A DNA stretch of 59,805 nucleotides, filler included, from 4 parts of 4 records of this genome joined end to end with filler, not necessarily neighbours in it; one strand, 5' to 3'; positions 21,669 to 33,222 are shown, numbered from the whole stretch's first letter. The notes: generated by a model from the sequence alone, not told the origin. Program-made: numbers and translations.

Positions 21669-21912
21669 TATTAATATATAATACGTCAGTGCAGAATTGG
21701 CAAGAGGGCGAGCCATGTAATCAAACTGAGGTAAGGCTTTGACCGGCAGACACAGAAAAAATTTAAAAGACTGAAAAAAACTTAGCGAGGGAAGCGCATA
21801 TTTCAGTTTTTTCACAGAAAGGGAAAAGCCAAGGCCTTATAATCAGTCTGAAACTTGCAATCCGGTGGGGAAAAACTTAACTTCCCCTGAAACTTAAGCA
21901 GTGTAGGAGATT

Positions 21913-22647
21913 ATGAGCAACAAAATTCTGACTAAAAAAGCACTTATCCCAGGCCAGACATCCATGCTGGTCATTGACTGTCCTCAAATTGCCAAAAAGG
22001 CTAAACCGGGAAATTTTGTAATTCTACGCATCCATGAAAAAGGTGAACGAATTCCCCTCACCATTGCTGACACTGACAAAGAAGCAGGCACCATCACCAT
22101 CGTCTATCTCGTAGTAGGTAAAAGTTCAGCCCTGCTTGAAACATTGAATGAAGGGGACACCATCCTTGATGTCTGCGGTCCCTTGGGTAAACCCACCCAT
22201 ATTGAAAAATCAGGCACTGTCATCTGTGTTGGCGGCGGTACCGGAATCGCAGCCATGCACCATATTGCCAAAGGGCATCACCTTGCCGGAAACCATGTTG
22301 TCGCCATCGTCGGTGCACGCAGCGAAAACATGCTCCTTTTCTGTACCGAACTGGGCTATTTCTGCCCCGAACTGCTCATCGCCACCGATGACGGCAGTAC
22401 CGGACACAAAGGATTTGTCACCGACCTTCTGCGTGAACGCCTTGAACAGGACAAAGATGTGTCCGAAGTTGTAGCTATCGGCCCCGTGCCCATGATGGAG
22501 GCGGTTGCCAAAGTAACTGAACCTTTCGGTGTTAAAACCACAGTCAGCCTGAACTCCATCATGGTTGACGGTGTGGGCATGTGTGGAGCCTGCCGTTGCA
22601 GCGTTGGCGGAGAAACTAAATTCGCCTGCGTGGACGGCCCTGAATTC
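21913..22647 (+). CDS. nfnA: NfnA/SudB-like FAD/NAD-binding [2Fe-2S] subunit, truncated by contig end
   Basis: GERIPLTIAD, GGGTGIA, SLNSIMVDGVGMCGACRC, CVDGPEF. Confidence 0.88.
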
Positions 22648-22747
22648 NNNNNNNNNNNNNNNNNNNNNNNNNNNNNNNNNNNNNNNNNNNNTTAATTAAT
22701 TAANNNNNNNNNNNNNNNNNNNNNNNNNNNNNNNNNNNNNNNNNNNN
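22648..22747. other. artificial contig spacer
   Basis: N44-TTAATTAATTAA-N44 six-frame stop linker. Confidence 0.99.
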
Positions 22748-22873
22748 CTGAGTGGTTGATGGAAAGAGATTACCACTTAGACACAAGAACACTAAGTTTC
22801 ACTAAGTTTCTTAACAACGCGACATTTAATATTACGATGCATCAGGATTTCTGAATTTTTATTTTTTAAAGCT

Positions 22874-23479
22874 ATGATGAATAAATGGGATGAACGCTTT
22901 TCGGATGAGGAGTTTTTCTATGGCGAAAAGCCCAATGCTTTTTTTGCTGAGTATTTAACATCAGTAAAAGAAAAAGGGAGGTTGCTCCTTCCGGCTGAAG
23001 GAGAAGGCCGCAACGCAGTTTTTGCAGCTACACAAGGCTGGGAAGTACATGCCTTTGACAGCAGCAAAGTAGCCCAACAAAAGGCACTGGATTTTGCTTT
23101 AAGCGAAAAAGTGGTGATTAATTATGATCTGCTCGATCTTGCCAACTTTGTTCCGATGCCGGGATACTACGATATGATTGCGCTCATCTTTGTGCATACT
23201 CCGGAAGGCATGCGCAGGGTTTTGCATCAAAAGATGATAAACTCCCTGAAGGCTGGTGGAATCGTTTTGATAGAGTCCTTCGCCAAAGAACAGATCAACA
23301 ACAAATCCGGTGGGCCCCCGGATGTAAACATGCTGTTTTCCACCGAAATCCTGAAAAACGATTTCGCGGATTTGTCAATACTGAAGCTGTGTCAGGAAAA
23401 AGAAACTCTCAACGAAGGGCATCATAAAGGCGAGGCCGACCTCGTTAGGTTGGTTGCCCGGAAAGACGCCAACGATTAA
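22874..23479 (+). CDS. class I SAM-dependent methyltransferase
   Basis: WDERF...YG..PN, LLPAEGEGRNAVF, GGP. Confidence 0.9.
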   Translation: MMNKWDERFSDEEFFYGEKPNAFFAEYLTSVKEKGRLLLPAEGEGRNAVFAATQGWEVHAFDSSKVAQQKALDFALSEKVVINYDLLDLANFVPMPGYYDMIALIFVHTPEGMRRVLHQKMINSLKAGGIVLIESFAKEQINNKSGGPPDVNMLFSTEILKNDFADLSILKLCQEKETLNEGHHKGEADLVRLVARKDAND

Positions 23480-23862
23480 AGGCGTTCGATCGCTTTGCCG
23501 AGCATCAATTTTACATCGTCGGCAAATTCATCAAGTCCGGGATTGTTCACAGCCTGCATGGAATCAATCGGGTTGATGGCGGCTACCTCCACTTCACCAT
23601 CACCAAGTTCCTGAACAACTACGTTGCAGGGCAACATGGTCCCAATTTTATCTTCTGTTTTTAATGCTTCATAGGCAAATCCGGGATTACATGCTCCCAG
23701 GATGGTGTATTTCCTGAAATTCACATCCAGCTTTTCTTTTAACTTTTGCTGTATATCAATAGTGGAGATAATTCCAAAACCCTCCTCTTTAAGCGTTTCG
23801 GTTACTTTCTCAATTGCAGAATTGAAATCGGTTTTTAATTTTTTACTGATGTAATATGCCAT
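23476..23862 (-). CDS. DUF302 domain protein
   Basis: GFGII..ID....K.KL, ILGACNP, MLPCNVVV. Confidence 0.9.
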   Translation of the reverse strand: MAYYISKKLKTDFNSAIEKVTETLKEEGFGIISTIDIQQKLKEKLDVNFRKYTILGACNPGFAYEALKTEDKIGTMLPCNVVVQELGDGEVEVAAINPIDSMQAVNNPGLDEFADDVKLMLGKAIERL

Positions 23863-23951
23863 GATTATTTCATTTTTTAAGTTCGGACAAGTAACAAGGT
23901 GACCACTAGTTTTGTTGAATAATCCTATTTTTGCCGGCAAAATTATTAATC

Positions 23952-25424
23952 ATGGAAAACCAAATCTTTCTCTACAATACATTAACACGCAAGCGTGAAG
24001 CATTCAAACCCATCAACCCTAACCATGTTGGCCTCTATGTTTGCGGGCCCACCGTTTACGGCGATGCCCACCTGGGACATGCTCGTCCCGCAATCACATT
24101 TGACTTGGTTTACCGCTATTTACAACACCTGGGTTATAAAGTGAGGTATGTAAGAAACATCACAGATGTGGGCCATCTGGAAAATGATGCCGACGAAGGA
24201 GAAGATAAGGTGGCCAAAAAAGCCCGGCTGGAGCGGCTTGAGCCCATGGAGATTGTGCAATATTACACCAATCGTTACCACAAAAATATGGAGCAGCTCA
24301 ATGTGCTGCCGCCAAGCATCGAACCGCATGCATCGGGCCATATCATTGAGCAGATAGAGATGATAAAAAAAATCCTGGATGCCGGATATGCCTACGAAAA
24401 AAATGGTTCGGTATATTTTGATGTACCGAAGTACGACAAAGACCACCATTATGGAAAACTCTCAGGCCGTTCCATCGAGGAAGCACTGGAAAATACCCGC
24501 GCACTTGCCGGACAGGACGAAAAAAACAACCAGGTGGATTTTGCACTCTGGAAAAAAGCCGCCCCTGAACACATCATGCGCTGGCCCTCGCCCTGGAGCG
24601 ATGGGTTTCCGGGCTGGCACTTAGAATGCTCCGTGATGGGTTGCAAATACCTCGGCGAAACCTTCGACATTCACGGCGGCGGGATGGACCTGGTATTCCC
24701 GCATCATGAATCAGAAATTGCCCAGGCTGTGGCTGCCAACGGTACCGATCATGTGAAGTACTGGATGCACAACAACATGATCACCATCAACGGACAGAAG
24801 ATGGGAAAATCGCTGAACAATTTCATCACGCTGGATGAGTTTTTCACCGGAAATCATGAAGCACTCAAGCAGGCATACAGCCCGATTACCATTCGCTTTT
24901 TCATCCTGCAGGCACATTACAGAAGCACCCTGGATTTCTCAAATGAAGCACTTCAGGCTGCCGAAAAAGGCATGACCCGCATGCTCAAGGCAATGGAAAC
25001 CCTTGTACAGCTCAAAGCTTCTGACACCTCAACGGTTGAGGTGGGGCCGCTTCGCAGGAAATGCTATGAAGCCATGAACGACGATTTCAACAGCCCGATC
25101 CTCATCGCCCACCTTTTTGATGGTGTTAAAATGATCAATTCCATCAAAGACGGCAAAGCTAAAATCAGTGCAGAAGATCTTGAACTTCTCAGGAAGACTT
25201 ATCATGATTTTGTTTATGACGTGCTGGGCCTCAGGAAAGAAGATGAAGCCGCTGATGACGATGATGAAACCATGAATGGACTGATGAACCTGATCCTGGA
25301 TATTCGCAAGCAGGCCAAAGTGAACAAGGATTGGGGCACTGCCGACAAAATCCGGGATAACCTGAAAGCACTGGAAATTTCAGTTAAAGACACCAAAGAC
25401 GGCGCTACCTGGGAGAAGGGATAA
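23952..25424 (+). CDS. cysS: cysteine--tRNA ligase
   Basis: [39 protein letters not shown]; Bacteroidota TAnnTTTG promoter just upstream. Confidence 0.98.
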   Translation: MENQIFLYNTLTRKREAFKPINPNHVGLYVCGPTVYGDAHLGHARPAITFDLVYRYLQHLGYKVRYVRNITDVGHLENDADEGEDKVAKKARLERLEPMEIVQYYTNRYHKNMEQLNVLPPSIEPHASGHIIEQIEMIKKILDAGYAYEKNGSVYFDVPKYDKDHHYGKLSGRSIEEALENTRALAGQDEKNNQVDFALWKKAAPEHIMRWPSPWSDGFPGWHLECSVMGCKYLGETFDIHGGGMDLVFPHHESEIAQAVAANGTDHVKYWMHNNMITINGQKMGKSLNNFITLDEFFTGNHEALKQAYSPITIRFFILQAHYRSTLDFSNEALQAAEKGMTRMLKAMETLVQLKASDTSTVEVGPLRRKCYEAMNDDFNSPILIAHLFDGVKMINSIKDGKAKISAEDLELLRKTYHDFVYDVLGLRKEDEAADDDDETMNGLMNLILDIRKQAKVNKDWGTADKIRDNLKALEISVKDTKDGATWEKG

Positions 25425-25721
25425 ATTTTTTCAGGAATCCAGATCGAAGGGTCTATAAACATCAGCCCGAAGTATTATTTAGGCACAACAATGCTCTTGA
25501 TTGTGCTACAACCATTTTCTTGTTTTGGAAGAGTGGAAAAAATGAGTTGGTTTTATTGATTAAGTCTGCTAATTTTATAAAATTTGCTGAGTTAACTCTT
25601 CTAATTTAATAAATTTTACTGAGTTCCATGATTATTTTCAGGATTATTGAAAATAATCAACAAACTGATCCCGGATACCAGTTAGTCTGTAAAGATTAAT
25701 CATAATAGGCAAAATGCATAT

Positions 25722-25799
25722 AAAATCCGTGATGATCTGAAAGCACTGGAAATTACAGTGAAAGACACCAAGGACGACGCTACCTGGGAGAAGGGTTGA
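25722..25799 (+). repeat. diverged direct repeat of the last 78 bp of cysS
   Basis: 69/78 identical to 25347-25424; encodes KIRDDLKALEITVKDTKDDATWEKG* versus [25 protein letters not shown]. Confidence 0.92.
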
Positions 25800-25806
25800 T
25801 GTATTT

Positions 25807-26934
25807 TCAGAACAAAGCAAATACCTGCTTGAGGTAGTCATTGATTGTTCCTACAATCTTAATATCGTGATAAAAATCAATTACAATAAATCCGATAAAC
25901 ATCAGGTAAACCATTGTCAGGGTCAGAACCTTTATCATATTCAAATTCTTGCCTTTCCCAAAAATCAACAAGGTAACTCCCGTGATTGCGAACAACACGA
26001 ACCAGATATCAGAGGACGAGGAGATGATTTCAGCATCCATTTTATAAGCTCCGAAAATCAAGGTGTAGAGCAATAAAGGTAATCCCAGGGCAAAACTGAT
26101 ATCAAAAATATTGCTCCCCAGCGCATTCGAAAATGCATCTTCATAATTACCTTTTTTAGCATCCCTAACAGAGATTAAGGTATCAGGAATACTGGAAGCT
26201 GCAGCAGAAAGGATAACCGAAACAAATAAAATTGGAATTCCCAGTTCATTACCCAATTTATCGGTAGCATCAACAAGCAGCCATGTACCGCCAATCATAA
26301 CCAAAGTACTGAAAAGCAAAAGCACCCAGGCTCGCAGGGTATTGATATTCCTCCCGTTTAATATGATTTTCTCCAGGTTGAGCCGGGGAAAATCCCAAAC
26401 ATTCATTTTACGTTTTGGTGGGGTATATTTAAAATTATCTGATTTTTCCAGCACCCTTTTGTTGATGATGAATAAATACCCGATATAACCAAAATAAGGG
26501 GCGGTTAGCAACGCACCATGCCACCAAACAAGGGATTTTGAATTTATTATCCACGCCACAAAGCCGGTCATCACCAACAAAATAAAACCATCCCGCATAA
26601 AAGTCCTACGCTGTATGGGTATCTTTTTTATCCCCATAGAAAATAACAACACAAAATATATACTGATGGGAATGACCAGGATATTGAAAACTGCACTGCC
26701 ACCAGTAATGCCAATTCCGCCGGAAAAGCCATTGGCATCCTGCAGGTAAAACAAAAAGAAGATGGTGCTCAGAAATTCGGGCATCGAACTCGCCACCGCA
26801 TTGATGGTTGCCCCTTTAATGCCTTTGGAAAGCCGTCTTCCCAGATAATCGGATGCCAGTTCAAAACCATCTGTTGAACGCCAGATGATGATTGAACTGA
26901 TAAAAATTAATATGAGTGAAACAGCAATTTCCAT
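25807..26934 (-). CDS. Na+/Ca2+ antiporter (CaCA family)
   Basis: alpha repeats GATINAVASSMPE / AAASSIPD and SNALGSNIFDI. Confidence 0.9.
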   Translation of the reverse strand: MEIAVSLILIFISSIIIWRSTDGFELASDYLGRRLSKGIKGATINAVASSMPEFLSTIFFLFYLQDANGFSGGIGITGGSAVFNILVIPISIYFVLLFSMGIKKIPIQRRTFMRDGFILLVMTGFVAWIINSKSLVWWHGALLTAPYFGYIGYLFIINKRVLEKSDNFKYTPPKRKMNVWDFPRLNLEKIILNGRNINTLRAWVLLLFSTLVMIGGTWLLVDATDKLGNELGIPILFVSVILSAAASSIPDTLISVRDAKKGNYEDAFSNALGSNIFDISFALGLPLLLYTLIFGAYKMDAEIISSSSDIWFVLFAITGVTLLIFGKGKNLNMIKVLTLTMVYLMFIGFIVIDFYHDIKIVGTINDYLKQVFALF

Positions 26935-26970
26935 GGTCGCAAGGAATCCTTTAGGAATGAAAACAGCTTA

Positions 26971-27648
26971 TCAAGGCTTATGTTGTAAATGTTCATAATG
27001 CAGAACATGCATCAGTTGATCATCAATAAAATGATCCTCCATCTCATCGAGAAAATGTAGATTGAATTTGTCCAGGCGGGTATCAGATACCAGCAGGGCA
27101 TAACCCAGCCATTCATCCCTGAACCAGAAAGGCATCAGGTAACCGTGGCACTTTTTACCGTTTAATTTTATACTACCCAGAGCTGAAATACGTTCACTTT
27201 TTTGACTTTTGGAGATCAGATCATGTTGCCCGGAAATGCAATTCACGTATTTTTCAGGGAAAACAACCGGGGAACTTTCTTTAACCATAACCTGCACAGC
27301 AACCAAATCAAACCTAAAATAGCTGAAGTTCTCTACAAAAAACCTGGCCAGTTCAAAAGCAAAATCCTTTGCTGTTATTATTTCCCTGGCTGCAATCTTG
27401 TTCTTTAGCACATCAAATTTATCGGCCAGTCCGCTTGGTAGTTTTATCAAAACCCACAGCCAGGCTCCCAGCAAACCACCACCCAGTATGAAGAAAATGG
27501 TGTAAGCTGTAAGAAAAATACCCGTGAAGAAATCGGTTCCGCTGAGCAATAGCCACCCTCCAACGTAAATCAGTCCCAACACAAACAAATAGACCACAAT
27601 AACTGAAGCGTTTTTTATAGGGTCTATCAAATTCCGGTTTGGTGACAT
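26971..27648 (-). CDS. hypothetical membrane protein
   Basis: Two N-terminal TM helices and a soluble C-terminus; upstream of the antiporter on the same strand. Confidence 0.65.
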   Translation of the reverse strand: MSPNRNLIDPIKNASVIVVYLFVLGLIYVGGWLLLSGTDFFTGIFLTAYTIFFILGGGLLGAWLWVLIKLPSGLADKFDVLKNKIAAREIITAKDFAFELARFFVENFSYFRFDLVAVQVMVKESSPVVFPEKYVNCISGQHDLISKSQKSERISALGSIKLNGKKCHGYLMPFWFRDEWLGYALLVSDTRLDKFNLHFLDEMEDHFIDDQLMHVLHYEHLQHKP

Positions 27649-27780
27649 GCTGTTTCGTTTTTATGACAACAAAATTAGTCTTTTCATGAAACCAAATATC
27701 CTTACCGGTAAATGTTGCCGGGCCAAAAAATGAAAAAATATCATGTACATTTGCGCCCATATTACAAAGTAGCATTTACC

Positions 27781-29844
27781 ATGGTTCAAAAACAGCAAAA
27801 CAATTTCAAAAGATATACCGTAACTTCCGCTTTGCCATATGCCAACGGGCCTCTGCATATTGGTCACCTTGCCGGCGTTTATGTGCCTGCCGACATTTAT
27901 GTGCGCTACCTCCGCTCAAAAGGCGAGGATGTGGTTTTTATCGGCGGCTCAGATGAGCACGGTGTCCCGATTACCATTAGGGCGCGCCAGTTGGGTGTAA
28001 CTCCTCAGGATATCGTGGATAAATACCACACCATTATTAAAGATTCTTTTAAAGAGTTTGGGATTTCTTTTGATGTTTACTCCAGGACGTCCAACGAAAT
28101 ACATCATGAAACTGCTGCAGAATTTTTTAAAAAACTATACGACCAGGGCGATTTTATCGAAAAGACCAGTGAGCAGTATTACGACGAAGACAACAAACAG
28201 TTCCTGGCCGACCGATACATTACAGGAACATGCCCGCATTGTGACTATGAAAAGGCATATGGCGATCAGTGCGAAAGCTGTGGAACCTCTCTCAGCCCAA
28301 CAGAACTCATCAATCCAAAGTCTGCTTTGAGTGGAAATGTGCCGGTTTTGAAAGAAACCAAACATTGGTACCTGCCCCTTGATAAATATGAACCCTGGTT
28401 AAAGGAATGGATCCTGGAAGGCCACAAAGACGACTGGAAACCCAATGTGTATGGCCAGGTAAAATCATGGGTTGATACGGGGTTGCAACCTCGTGCTGTT
28501 ACTCGCGACCTGAACTGGGGTGTGCAGGTTCCACTGCCGGACACCGAAGGTAAGGTGCTGTATGTGTGGTTTGATGCTCCTATTGGCTACATTTCCGCAA
28601 CACGGGAATGGGCACAGGAAAAAGGCGAAGACTGGGAAAAGTGGTGGAAAGATCCGGAATCCCGCCTCATCCATTTTATCGGGAAAGATAACATTGTATT
28701 TCACTGTATCATTTTTCCGGCTATGCTTAAAGCTGAAGGATCTTACATCCTCCCTGACAATGTTCCGGCCTTTGAGTTCCTGAATCTTGAAAATGATAAA
28801 ATTTCCACATCGCGAAACTGGGCCGTTTGGCTGCATGAATATCTGAAGAAACTCCCCGGAAAGCAGGACAGCCTCCGTTATGTGCTTACGGCAAACGCAC
28901 CCGAAACCAAGGACAACGATTTCACCTGGAAAGATTTTCAGGCTAAAAACAACAATGAACTGGTTGCTATTTTTGGCAATTTTGTCAATCGTTCTCTGGT
29001 GCTTACCCAGAAATATTTTGATGGAAAAGTACCAGAAGTCACCAATCTGACTGAAGAAGATAAGGCAGTACTTGAGGCCATAAAAGTCTTTCCGGAAAAG
29101 ATTGGCCAAAAGCTTGAAAACTTCAAATTCCGCGAGTCGCTGGCCGAAATGATGAATCTGGCCCGCCTGGGAAACAAGTACCTGGCTGATAGTGAGCCCT
29201 GGAAGCTATTTAAAACGGATGTGGACAGGGTGAAAACAATCATCAATATCTCGCTGCAAATTTGTGCCAACCTTTCTATTGTTGCTGAACCTTTCCTTCC
29301 GTTTACAGCAAAAAAACTGGCAAGCATGATCAACCTCGAAGGACTTCATTGGCCGGATTCCGGTAACACTGAACTACTTAAACCTGGCCATGGGCTGAAT
29401 AAGCCGGGTTTGTTGTTTGAAAAAATTGAAGATACCACCATTGATGACCAGGTACAAAAATTGCTGGATACGAAAAAGCAAAACGAAGCCAGTGAAGTTA
29501 AAGCCAAACCTGCCAAAGAAAATATTGGATTTGAAGATTTCACAAAACTTGATATTCGTGTTGGAACTATAAATGAAGCAGAAAAAGTGGCTAAAACCAA
29601 AAAGCTCCTGAAGCTTAAGGTTGACACTGGAATCGATCAGCGTACAGTGGTTTCGGGAATTGCCGAATTTTATAAGCCGGAAGATATTGTCGGTAAAAAA
29701 GTGAGCATCCTGGTCAACCTGGCACCCAAAAAACTCAAAGGCATCGAATCCCAGGGCATGATCCTGATGGCCGAAAATGCTGATGGCACACTGGGGTTTG
29801 TTTCTCCGCCGGAGGGTTTTAAGAACGGAAGCGAAATCAGGTAG
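27781..29844 (+). CDS. metG: methionine--tRNA ligase
   Basis: [23 protein letters not shown] knuckle, KISTS, C-terminal tRNA-binding OB domain. Confidence 0.98.
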   Translation: MVQKQQNNFKRYTVTSALPYANGPLHIGHLAGVYVPADIYVRYLRSKGEDVVFIGGSDEHGVPITIRARQLGVTPQDIVDKYHTIIKDSFKEFGISFDVYSRTSNEIHHETAAEFFKKLYDQGDFIEKTSEQYYDEDNKQFLADRYITGTCPHCDYEKAYGDQCESCGTSLSPTELINPKSALSGNVPVLKETKHWYLPLDKYEPWLKEWILEGHKDDWKPNVYGQVKSWVDTGLQPRAVTRDLNWGVQVPLPDTEGKVLYVWFDAPIGYISATREWAQEKGEDWEKWWKDPESRLIHFIGKDNIVFHCIIFPAMLKAEGSYILPDNVPAFEFLNLENDKISTSRNWAVWLHEYLKKLPGKQDSLRYVLTANAPETKDNDFTWKDFQAKNNNELVAIFGNFVNRSLVLTQKYFDGKVPEVTNLTEEDKAVLEAIKVFPEKIGQKLENFKFRESLAEMMNLARLGNKYLADSEPWKLFKTDVDRVKTIINISLQICANLSIVAEPFLPFTAKKLASMINLEGLHWPDSGNTELLKPGHGLNKPGLLFEKIEDTTIDDQVQKLLDTKKQNEASEVKAKPAKENIGFEDFTKLDIRVGTINEAEKVAKTKKLLKLKVDTGIDQRTVVSGIAEFYKPEDIVGKKVSILVNLAPKKLKGIESQGMILMAENADGTLGFVSPPEGFKNGSEIR

Positions 29845-29847
29845 AAG

Positions 29848-29938
29848 GGTTATTCGTTATTGGTTATCCGTTATTGGTTTCATCCTCCGTAGCTTTTCAA
29901 CTTCGTTAAAAACAATTATGTAAGAATAGCGTAGGAGG
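29848..29938. repeat. heptamer tandem repeat plus imperfect inverted repeat
   Basis: GGTTATT/CGTTATT/GGTTATC/CGTTATT (29848-29875); CCTCCGTAGCT...AGCGTAGGAGG (29884-29938). Confidence 0.55.
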
Positions 29939-29947
29939 GGTTATTTG

Positions 29948-30532
29948 TTATTCGGTAAATACTTCCGTCAGATCAATTTTCAGATCGCCATCGAAAATGT
30001 TAATTGGGATTTTATCATCGCCGGCGTACATCCCTTTCAAACGAAATTTACCATTTGAATCCAAAACAAACACACTAATATTTTCATCATTGGGATTCAC
30101 GATCCAATATTCCCGTACACCATGTTTCTGGTAAATTTCGAATTTTTCTTTCACATCTTTCCTTGAGTTTCCGGGCGAAACAATCTCGATAATAAAATCA
30201 GGAGGGCCCAGGCAACCTTTATCATCCAGTTTACTCAGGTCGCAAACGATACAAATATCCGGTTGAACAACGGTATCGATCTTATCATCAGCCTTGCTTC
30301 CATTGTAAAGCCTGACATCAAATGGTGCGTGATATATTTTACACTTTTTATTTTTTAAATGTTTTCCTAAAGCTGTTATAAAATTGACGGAGATTTCCTG
30401 ATGTTTCCTTGATGGTGCAGGAGTCATCAACCTGATGAAGCCATTAAATAATTCACGTCTTTTATCATCCAGCCAGGTAAGGTAGTCGGCGTAAGAATAA
30501 CGCTTATTTAAATCCAGTTTTAATGTTTCCAT
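29948..30532 (-). CDS. Uma2 family PD-(D/E)xK endonuclease
   Basis: PAPSRKHQ, VQPDICIVC, PDFIIEIVSPG, YQKHGVREYWIV. Confidence 0.92.
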   Translation of the reverse strand: METLKLDLNKRYSYADYLTWLDDKRRELFNGFIRLMTPAPSRKHQEISVNFITALGKHLKNKKCKIYHAPFDVRLYNGSKADDKIDTVVQPDICIVCDLSKLDDKGCLGPPDFIIEIVSPGNSRKDVKEKFEIYQKHGVREYWIVNPNDENISVFVLDSNGKFRLKGMYAGDDKIPINIFDGDLKIDLTEVFTE

Positions 30533-30638
30533 AATTTCGAGAGCTTTTCACAAAAATACAAAAATTTGAACTGTCAAAAAAACCGTAATTGACCAACCTA
30601 TATTTTAACAAAACCCTTCATTTCTTGACTGTTCGGTA

Positions 30639-31967
30639 ATGTTTTCATTATATTCGCACGTTCTTCAAAACTTATTAACTATGACCATAAAACAAAAACA
30701 AATGAATCAGGGGAGGAGTGTATCCATTCCGCTCCCAAAAAAGCATCTGCAGCTTTTCCACCTATCGGCTGCGGTTTTTATGTTAACTTTTCTAATCCTG
30801 CACTGCTCATTACAGGCGCAACAATCCTGGAATCAATTTCGTGGAGCCGGCGGGAGTGCTGTCATTTCCGGGACATCAGTGCCGGAATCCTTATCTGAAC
30901 AAGGGCCGGAACTTCTGTGGGCCAAAGATGTTGGAAACGGTTTCCCTGAAGTTGCTGTCGCGGAGGATGTGGCCTACATTTTTTCCAGCGACTCGCTCGA
31001 CGGAGGTTACGAATACCTTGCAGCATTCAATGCATCCAGCGGAGCAGAAATCTGGAAAACCAAAGTAGATTCGATGTGGTTCGAAAAAGATGGATGGGGC
31101 CATGGTCCACGTTCAACACCTGCCATCGGCGAAAATCACATTTTTTGCCTGAGCGGCTATGGCAAGTTTGCTGCATTCAGCAAAAAAACAGGAGAGGAAA
31201 TATGGGCGGTAAATTTGCCCGGTGATTTTGGATCAACCATTCCCAGGTGGGGCTACAGCACATCTCCGGTAATTGTGGATGATGTTGTGATAATCGAAAC
31301 CGGCGGATCAGAAAACAGAGCGTTTACCGCTTTCAACAAAAATGACGGAGAAATTGTCTGGAGCAAAGGTAAGGGAACGGCTTCCTACTGCTCGCCGGCT
31401 TTTGCGGAAATTGACGGCCAACCTCAGCTGGTCTTCGCCATCGATACCCTGCTTTATGCTTTCGATAGCAATGGTGAGGAACTTTGGAATTTCATAATGC
31501 CGTTGCGCGGGCCCATGGCCATGCCGGTATTTATGGAACCAAACCGGATTTTTGTTTCATCGGTGAGCCGAACCGGAGGGTTTGTAGTTGAGGTTAATGA
31601 CAATCAACCGGAACAGGTATTTACCAGCACGACCATGCAAAACAACTGGAGTTCTTCCTGCTACAAGGATGGTTACCTATACGGTTTTTCAAGGGCAAAG
31701 CTCCAGTGCGTGTCTGCCGAAACCGGCGAAATGGTTTGGGGCAAACGCGGGTACGGCAAAGGCAGTCTGATCATTGTGGACGATAAATTGCTGGTGCTTT
31801 CCGACCAGGGCAAGCTCATCATCGTTGAAGCAACCCCTGACGAATATCGTGAGCTGGCGTCATTTCAGGCTTTGGAAGGGAAATCATGGACAGCCCCCAG
31901 CTTTGCTGAAGGGAAGCTGTTTGTGAGAAACCTGGAGAAAATGGCTTGTTATAAACTTTCCAAATAA
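30639..31967 (+). CDS. PQQ-like beta-propeller protein (BamB-like), exported; start uncertain
   Basis: WNQFRG, repeated G..IW motifs, GPRSTP, YCSP, WTAPSFAEGKLFVRN. Confidence 0.85.
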   Translation: MFSLYSHVLQNLLTMTIKQKQMNQGRSVSIPLPKKHLQLFHLSAAVFMLTFLILHCSLQAQQSWNQFRGAGGSAVISGTSVPESLSEQGPELLWAKDVGNGFPEVAVAEDVAYIFSSDSLDGGYEYLAAFNASSGAEIWKTKVDSMWFEKDGWGHGPRSTPAIGENHIFCLSGYGKFAAFSKKTGEEIWAVNLPGDFGSTIPRWGYSTSPVIVDDVVIIETGGSENRAFTAFNKNDGEIVWSKGKGTASYCSPAFAEIDGQPQLVFAIDTLLYAFDSNGEELWNFIMPLRGPMAMPVFMEPNRIFVSSVSRTGGFVVEVNDNQPEQVFTSTTMQNNWSSSCYKDGYLYGFSRAKLQCVSAETGEMVWGKRGYGKGSLIIVDDKLLVLSDQGKLIIVEATPDEYRELASFQALEGKSWTAPSFAEGKLFVRNLEKMACYKLSK

Positions 31968-31975
31968 TTTGTGCT

Positions 31976-33160
31976 ATGAAAAAAATGAAATTTTATTTGA
32001 CGGGATTTCTTCTGGTAATATTCACAACAGGGTTGGTATCACAAACTCTTGATGAAATCATTGTACAACACATCCAGGCGCATGGCGGACAAGAAAACTG
32101 GGATGCCGTTCAATCGATGAAAATCACCGGAATGTTTACCAGTTTTAGCGAAGTAAACCGATTTACCGACATCAAAGCTCGTGGTGGGAAGTTTTATTCC
32201 AGCCATCAATTGGGACAACACCCTGTTTTGCAGGGTACCAATGGCGACATATACTGGGTTGATGATCCCTGGTTCGAGTTGGGGTTTCCACACATAGCCA
32301 ACGATGCGGAAAAACATGTCATCAAGCAAAAAGCTGAATTCTGTACGCCGTTTTTAAATTACCGGGAAAACGGATTCACTGTTGAACTGGAAGGCACGGA
32401 GCAGGCTGAAGGCAGGGATGCGTTTAAACTGATCCTGACCCGCGAAGACGGCAAAAAAGAAACCTGGTGGCTGGATACAGAAACTTATCTTGAAATTAAG
32501 TCAGCGTCCCAATGGGCTGATTTTGCATCGCCATCAATGCAGGAAGTATTTTATGATGATTTCAGAAAGGTTGGCGATATCATAATCCCATTTTACATCG
32601 AAAGGGTTTTCAGCATCCGGAATCGCATGATCGAAATTGAAAATGTGGAATTAAATATCAATCCTGATCCTGACATTTTTGAGCTTCCATTGTCAAAAGA
32701 AATGAGCAAACTGAAATTTATGGAAGGTACCTGGAGTGTGATCCTTGAATCCAGAGGCCGATCCGGCCAGCTTGAGCGGGCGGATTCAACGACATCTGAC
32801 ATCAGCTTTGTTCCGGGTAAAAATCTGATGGAGGAAAAAATCGGGTACATCAGCTATTTCCCTGTGGAGAGGTGGGTAAGATGGAGTTTTAACAGCGATT
32901 TCGACACCTACATGATGAACTCCTTCAATTCGTTTTACTCCAATACCGACATTTTTACCGGAGGGTTTTCGGGAGACACACTCACCATGAGCAATGCCTC
33001 AGTAAAGATAGATGATGAGGGTAAAAACATGTTATCGAAATATGTGATCAGGAAGCTGGATGAAAATAAAATGTTGGTTGAACTTGAGCAATCCAGAGAT
33101 GGCGGCGAAAACTGGGGGTTGGTGCAGCGGTTTACCTATGCGCGGATTGTGGAGAAATAG
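31976..33160 (+). CDS. exported two-domain hypothetical protein (LolA-like N-terminus, DUF1579-like C-terminus)
   Basis: Signal peptide; I..HI.AHGG..W; C-domain L.FMEGTW...S.DGG.NW. Confidence 0.6.
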   Translation: MKKMKFYLTGFLLVIFTTGLVSQTLDEIIVQHIQAHGGQENWDAVQSMKITGMFTSFSEVNRFTDIKARGGKFYSSHQLGQHPVLQGTNGDIYWVDDPWFELGFPHIANDAEKHVIKQKAEFCTPFLNYRENGFTVELEGTEQAEGRDAFKLILTREDGKKETWWLDTETYLEIKSASQWADFASPSMQEVFYDDFRKVGDIIIPFYIERVFSIRNRMIEIENVELNINPDPDIFELPLSKEMSKLKFMEGTWSVILESRGRSGQLERADSTTSDISFVPGKNLMEEKIGYISYFPVERWVRWSFNSDFDTYMMNSFNSFYSNTDIFTGGFSGDTLTMSNASVKIDDEGKNMLSKYVIRKLDENKMLVELEQSRDGGENWGLVQRFTYARIVEK

Positions 33161-33170
33161 GGGAAGGTTT

Positions 33171-33222
33171 TGAGTTGCTGAGTTATTAAGTTACTGAGAT
33201 ATTGGGTTGTTGGAATATTGGA
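33171..33222. repeat. degenerate 8-bp tandem repeat
   Basis: GAGTTGCT GAGTTATT AAGTTACT GAGATATT GGGTTGTT GGAATATT. Confidence 0.55.

Noticed and set aside
22692-22703. TTAATTAATTAA palindrome repeated three times in the window
   Set aside because: Synthetic six-frame stop linker inside N-runs; not biological.
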